Shown here in pieces: positions 22,525 to 26,055 of a stretch of 26,055 bases of DNA (within the stretch, counting starts at the first letter, position 1; every line of letters starts with the position of its first letter). Under the pieces are notes generated by a model, which worked only from the letters and a program-made list of their open reading frames with translations, made no database searches and was not told the origin of the DNA. Position numbers and translations under genes: made by a program. Source of the stretch: a virus (taxonomy: Duplodnaviria; Caudoviricetes). Location of the stretch: IMG/VR virus record IMGVR_UViG_3300048851_000057, positions 1-26,055 of that record; one strand, written 5' to 3'.

Positions 22525-22767
22525 TCATTCTGCCGCGATTGAACTTTCCCCAAGGATAGCCTTGAACGCGTGTCTCAGGTTCTCGTAGCGATAAAGCATT
22601 TCGGACTTCTCGGCCTTCAGGCGTCGGAGCAAAGCCAGTTCGCGGTCACTCACATCGTTCGCCATAGCGCGTAATCGAAGTTGCCCCTCGATCTCGGCTA
22701 TCTCTGCCTGATACGCATGTAGTGCTTTCAATACGTTTTGCTGCTGCTTCTCTAGGACGAAGCTCAT
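22525..22767 (-). CDS. Coiled-coil hypothetical protein (moron)
   Basis: AAGGAGG RBS; 80-aa helical ORF. Confidence 0.75.
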   Translation of the reverse strand: MSFVLEKQQQNVLKALHAYQAEIAEIEGQLRLRAMANDVSDRELALLRRLKAEKSEMLYRYENLRHAFKAILGESSIAAE

Positions 22768-22983
22768 GGACGTCCTCCTTGCGGGTGCAGTTAACGAATG
22801 TATCGCTCCTGCTCGAAATTGGGGCGTTCATTAGCAAGTATGGTTAACGTAGGATAAGCACCCCTGCAGCCTAGGTAGGGCAAATGAAAGCCGGGGTCGC
22901 GGTCCTGAGATCAAAGTGTCGTCAACTCTCCGACCTATTGCCATGCAGACCCCGGACGAATGCGCCGCGGATCCCGCACACCC

Positions 22984-23012
22984 GATAAGGTGAGCCGGCT
23001 AAGGCCCGGTTT
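22984..23012. repeat. Repeat A, copy 1 (hairpin)
   Basis: GATAAGGTGAGCCGG-CTAAGGCCCGGTTT; differs from 24344-24373 by one indel. Confidence 0.9.
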
Positions 23013-23016
23013 ACCG

Positions 23017-23448
23017 CTACGGTAAGCTCGCCGAGATCTGATAGACGCCCAAACCGAACAGAACGAGCGATGCAGCGACGCATACCAGCCCACCTCTCAC
23101 CAGCCAATCTCCCGCAACCCACCCATGCTTGTACTTCGATGGGTTTCTCAGGTGAGAGGAATATTGCTGGTTGCTCAGGTAGGAGAAAACCGACGTCAGG
23201 ACCGAAGCTCCGGCGCCCCATGCAAAATAGCCCAGGGATCTGGTCGCGGCGACGACGAATTGCGTCTCACCCCAATGGAGATTGTTCTTCCCCATGGTGC
23301 TTGCCAGAAATCCGAGAAGTGCGATGCAGGCGCTGCCGTTAAGAAGCAGAAGAGCTTTCAGCCCTTCGGAGGCTGCGTTGACGGATGCCTCTTCGAGCTT
23401 GTTCGCGCGTTCACGATTTTCATTCTCAATGTCTTCGGCTCTAGGCAC
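23017..23448 (-). CDS. Three-TM membrane protein (moron)
   Basis: LKALLLLNGSACIALLGFL and two further hydrophobic helices. Confidence 0.8.
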   Translation of the reverse strand: MPRAEDIENENRERANKLEEASVNAASEGLKALLLLNGSACIALLGFLASTMGKNNLHWGETQFVVAATRSLGYFAWGAGASVLTSVFSYLSNQQYSSHLRNPSKYKHGWVAGDWLVRGGLVCVAASLVLFGLGVYQISASLP

Positions 23449-23466
23449 TCATTCCCCCACGGTTGA

Positions 23467-23530
23467 CCCATGCCAGTCATGAAGAACGTACGGCATGAGA
23501 AGTTGCGCAAGCCCCCGCAAAAGGGAAGGC
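23467..23530 (+). pseudogene. Repeat B, copy 1: frameshifted 5' remnant of a different terminase small subunit gene
   Basis: Reads MPVMKNVRHEK, then AQAPAKGK after a 1-nt shift; resembles the MPVLKNARHEKFAQALAKGK-type TerS N-terminus; 28/30 nt identical to 24764-24793. Confidence 0.6.
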
Positions 23531-23605
23531 TGAGCCATGACAGACGCCGGGTCGGCCGCGGCCCGAGCTTCCGATCCAGAAACGCGCCCCGAATTCTGCC
23601 CTGCG

Positions 23606-23872
23606 TTATATGAGTTGATCTCTAGCGCTTGAGATCAATCGCGCGACTTCATCCAGAACCGGCTTCACTACTTCGGCGTGCCGCATTTCCTGTTCTGGGG
23701 GTATTTCCAAATTCTTGAAACGGTCATTCAGCCGGGTTTCAATACCGTCCAGGATGGGAAGCGCCTTAACCCCTAGGCACTGGATTAGGGCAGAAAGTGC
23801 CTCTTCAGCAACTGCCACCGCTCCATCGTGGGAACTGCTGAGGTGCTGCATACGTCGTGATTGATCGTCCAT
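23606..23872 (-). CDS. Hypothetical protein (moron)
   Basis: 88-aa ORF with AGGAG RBS. Confidence 0.7.
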   Translation of the reverse strand: MDDQSRRMQHLSSSHDGAVAVAEEALSALIQCLGVKALPILDGIETRLNDRFKNLEIPPEQEMRHAEVVKPVLDEVARLISSARDQLI

Positions 23873-23920
23873 CAGATCTCCTGGAGTTACCAGATCGGGT
23901 CGAGTAGGCCGCCCTCGATT

Positions 23921-24268
23921 TTAGCGCTCGATGACAACACAACGAGACGGGTTTGCTGCAACCCTTGTGCATCCAGCCATCGCTTTTGCATCCGCTGCCT
24001 CCTGGGTTTTCGCAAAAGCAGTCCAACCGCAGCCTCTCATTCCAGTCTCGGTGAAGGCAGGCCCTTTCGCAAATGCAATATATCCGTATCCGGTGTATTT
24101 CTGTCTATCGTTTCTAAACTTCGCAAGGGCAGCCGTGCATGCGTAAAGCGTATTGCGATCGTTCAATTTGAACGGTCTGTTGTTCTCCTCGTATGACTGG
24201 CAGGACGCCAGGCCCAAGGTCAGCAGCGCCATAGTAATTTTAGATATAGCGCGCAAAACATCCCTCAT
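23921..24268 (-). CDS. Putative lipoprotein (moron)
   Basis: Signal peptide with lipobox LASC; Cys-containing exported domain. Confidence 0.75.
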   Translation of the reverse strand: MRDVLRAISKITMALLTLGLASCQSYEENNRPFKLNDRNTLYACTAALAKFRNDRQKYTGYGYIAFAKGPAFTETGMRGCGWTAFAKTQEAADAKAMAGCTRVAANPSRCVVIER

Positions 24269-24343
24269 TGTTGCCGCCAGCGAAGATAGTTGGGGACGGG
24301 TAGCTTAGCAACGTCAGTGAATCGGTTTGGTATCCGCGCCTCA

Positions 24344-24373
24344 GATAAGGTGAGCCGGGCTAAGGCCCGGTTT
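24344..24373. repeat. Repeat A, copy 2 (hairpin)
   Basis: GATAAGGTGAGCCGGGCTAAGGCCCGGTTT. Confidence 0.9.
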
Positions 24374-24534
24374 GCCAGATTGAACACTGGCCCGAACTGA
24401 ATTCGGTAAAAGGTACCCAGCCGAAGAACCTTTCAGGAGTGCGCTGGGCCAAGCAGCACGTCGCGGCCTGCCAGTTCTTGAAAATTTATATCGCGAAATG
24501 CTCGGGTCTCACCGACTGGTAGGAATGGTTTTGC

Positions 24535-24744
24535 CTACGTCGCAACAACTTTGCATGCTGAGCATGATATTTCAGTGTGTTGGCGGAATTCGGATTCCTT
24601 CGAGCAGAAGAAGCCCGGGGTCAGGCTGTCAACTGAGAACTCAGGGCCGCTCCAGCGGGAATCCTCTTCTGAGCATTTGGCCTCGCCAGTGGCCCCGCAA
24701 TTCGGGCAGGTCAGTTTCAACGTAAATCGCTCTCGTGCACCCAC
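24535..24744 (-). CDS. Small Zn-ribbon protein (moron)
   Basis: CPNC...CSAC; GGGAGG RBS. Confidence 0.65.
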   Translation of the reverse strand: MGARERFTLKLTCPNCGATGEAKCSEEDSRWSGPEFSVDSLTPGFFCSKESEFRQHTEISCSACKVVAT

Positions 24745-24763
24745 ACCACCCTCCCAAGGTTAG

Positions 24764-24814
24764 CCCATGCCAGTCCTGAAGAACGCACGGCATCGGACCG
24801 GCGTCAATGCCTAA
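24764..24814 (+). repeat. Repeat B, copy 2: MPVLKNARHRTGVNA mini-ORF (TerS-like remnant) overlapping the HNH start
   Basis: ATG 24767 to TAA 24814; first 30 nt near-identical to 23467-23496. Confidence 0.65.
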
Positions 24815-25175
24815 GCTCAAGACCATCCGCCCCCTCGTCTCCACCATCAAGCCCCTAGTCGGCAGGATGCAGGGAGAGAAGGCACGGGACCAGCACCGCC
24901 GCAGCACTCAGCCTTGGCGCGCCTGGTACAAGACGGAACGGTGGGAACGGCTGAGGCGCCAAGCGTTCGAGCGGGACCTCTACACCTGCCAGCGAAGCGG
25001 AGAGATGTGTGCGGGCACCGGCAACGATCCGAACGCACCAATCGCCAACCACAAGACCCCACACCACGGTGACCCGGCCCTCTTCTGGGACATCAACAAC
25101 ATCGAGACGGTAACCAAGCGCATCCATGACAGTCTCATCCAGGCTGAGGAGCGCAAGTCAGCCTTGGAAGGGTGA
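24807..25175 (+). CDS. Terminase-associated HNH endonuclease
   Basis: WYKTERWERLRRQAFERDLYTCQ...ANHKTPHHGD..LFWDINNIETVTKRIHDS; located just before cos/terS. Confidence 0.88.
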   Translation: MPKLKTIRPLVSTIKPLVGRMQGEKARDQHRRSTQPWRAWYKTERWERLRRQAFERDLYTCQRSGEMCAGTGNDPNAPIANHKTPHHGDPALFWDINNIETVTKRIHDSLIQAEERKSALEG

Positions 25176-25182
25176 CAGCAGT

Positions 25183-25413
25183 ATGAGCTACCGGCCTCGC
25201 ACCGTCATCGCCGCATGCCCTTGTGGTGCCGACCCTCAAGTCAAGTTCCGCAGATTGTTCAGCAACGATGTCAGGCTCGAATGCAAGTGCGGCGTAGCTG
25301 GTCAGTGGAACCCTTACAGCGGTCGAGGCGACCCGTGGCATGATGCGGCAGTGGGGTGGACAAAGGTGTTCCCGACCCCGCCGATGCGTCGCCCACCCCC
25401 TCCGAGACGGTGA
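25183..25413 (+). CDS. Small Cys-rich hypothetical protein
   Basis: CPCG...CKCG; ATG at 25183. Confidence 0.6.
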   Translation: MSYRPRTVIAACPCGADPQVKFRRLFSNDVRLECKCGVAGQWNPYSGRGDPWHDAAVGWTKVFPTPPMRRPPPPRR

Positions 25414-25500
25414 CCCTGGGGGGGCATGTCGACCTAAAGACCCCTTCGGCGGCCGGACCCGCGTCCCCCCCATCGTCATAATTTTTTCTGCCAACCCGAA
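25414..25500. other. Probable cos region
   Basis: Intergenic between HNH and terS: G-run (GGGGGGG), GGACCCGCGTCCCCCC, then a T-run, the layout typical of HK97-like cos phages. Confidence 0.55.
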
Positions 25501-25522
25501 ATTTCGAGGGTGAAACATCACC

Positions 25523-25948
25523 ATGACCGAAAAATCGAAGACCTCCGGCAAGCGCGGGAGGCCGGAGTATCGCCCGTCTCTCGAAGACCGCCAGATGGTC
25601 GAGCAGATGAAGTTCTGCGGAGAATCCGACAATACGATCGCCCGGGCGCTCGGCATCGATCCCGACACCATGCGCAAGCACTTCGGGGACGAGCTCGCTG
25701 ACGGCCATGCGCAGCGGCGCAAGGAAGTGATCGGCATGCTTTTCGGTGCGGCACGAGGCGGGAACGTCGCGGCCATCAAGAAGCTCGAGGAGATGGGCAG
25801 AGCGGCTGGCGCTCAGGAAGCGGTGAAAGGCCGTGAGGCTCGCGCTCCAAAGCTCGGCAAGAAGGAAGAGCAGAAGGCATCGGCCAAGGCGGTCGGCGGC
25901 AAGTTCGCTCCTCCGAGCCCGCCTCAGTTGGTCGTGAATAACAGCTGA
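25523..25948 (+). CDS. terS: Terminase small subunit
   Basis: GRPEY...[19 protein letters not shown]...KLGKKEEQ...FAPPSPP; coupled to terL. Confidence 0.8.
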   Translation: MTEKSKTSGKRGRPEYRPSLEDRQMVEQMKFCGESDNTIARALGIDPDTMRKHFGDELADGHAQRRKEVIGMLFGAARGGNVAAIKKLEEMGRAAGAQEAVKGREARAPKLGKKEEQKASAKAVGGKFAPPSPPQLVVNNS

Positions 25949-26055
25949 TGCAGTGGTCGACGGCCTGCCTCGACTGGCGCGAGCGGATTGTTGGGCGCCG
26001 CTCGCTGATACCGCTTGCCCCGCTGTTTCCAGATGAAGCGGAGGCGGCGCTCGAA
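25948..26055 (+). CDS. terL: Terminase large subunit, truncated by the window end (N-terminus [22 protein letters not shown]...)
   Basis: TGATG overlap with terS; WSTAC.DW..RI...RSLIP N-terminus typical of this TerL group. Confidence 0.8.
   Translation, partial: MQWSTACLDWRERIVGRRSLIPLAPLFPDEAEAALE

Noticed and set aside
22780-22860. CtrA binding site upstream of the 22525..22767 gene
   Set aside because: GTTAAC half-sites are present but not in TTAA-N7-TTAA spacing
22984-24793. CRISPR array or integron attC array
   Set aside because: Only two copies of each repeat, over 1 kb apart; no cas or intI gene and no attC core-site structure
1-26055. Integrase, att sites, IS elements or reverse transcriptase
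   Set aside because: None recognisable; both prophage ends lie outside the window

Overview
Early, immunity and early-late region of a lambdoid-type temperate prophage, most likely from a Rhizobiaceae-like alphaproteobacterium (inferred from GC-rich codon style, a GTTC-N7-GTTC SOS box, EcfG-type promoters, GANTC clusters and DUF982 genes). Left to right: (1) leftward early operon with HNH nucleases, DUF5131, NinB-like, RecT-like and a PriA-3'BD-like protein; (2) the OL/PL control region; (3) a ~570-bp non-coding structured block; (4) a DUF3800 gene with a 3' hairpin RNA; (5) an S24 cI repressor and cro with OR operators; (6) a long translationally coupled rightward operon (TGT/DpdA-like protein, ACP, stand-alone LexA DNA-binding domain, RuvC-like, three DNA methyltransferases, DnaB-like helicase, late regulator); (7) tRNA-Met followed by a ~320-nt structured RNA; (8) a repeat-flanked moron cluster; (9) HNH, probable cos, terS and the start of terL. 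Best candidate for an undescribed system: the early operon has a helicase but no recognisable initiator or primase, while the non-coding block at ~6350-6915 shows colinear similarity, judged by eye against the recalled pUC/ColE1 ori, to the 3' half of the ColE1 RNA II primer and sits behind a promoter overlapped by a CI operator. This suggests a CI-controlled, RNA-primed replication origin in a prophage. Also notable: antisense 'bridging' ORFs that carry translational coupling across inverted morons, and a C5 methyltransferase split over two overlapping frames. All family calls come from motif recognition, not database searches.
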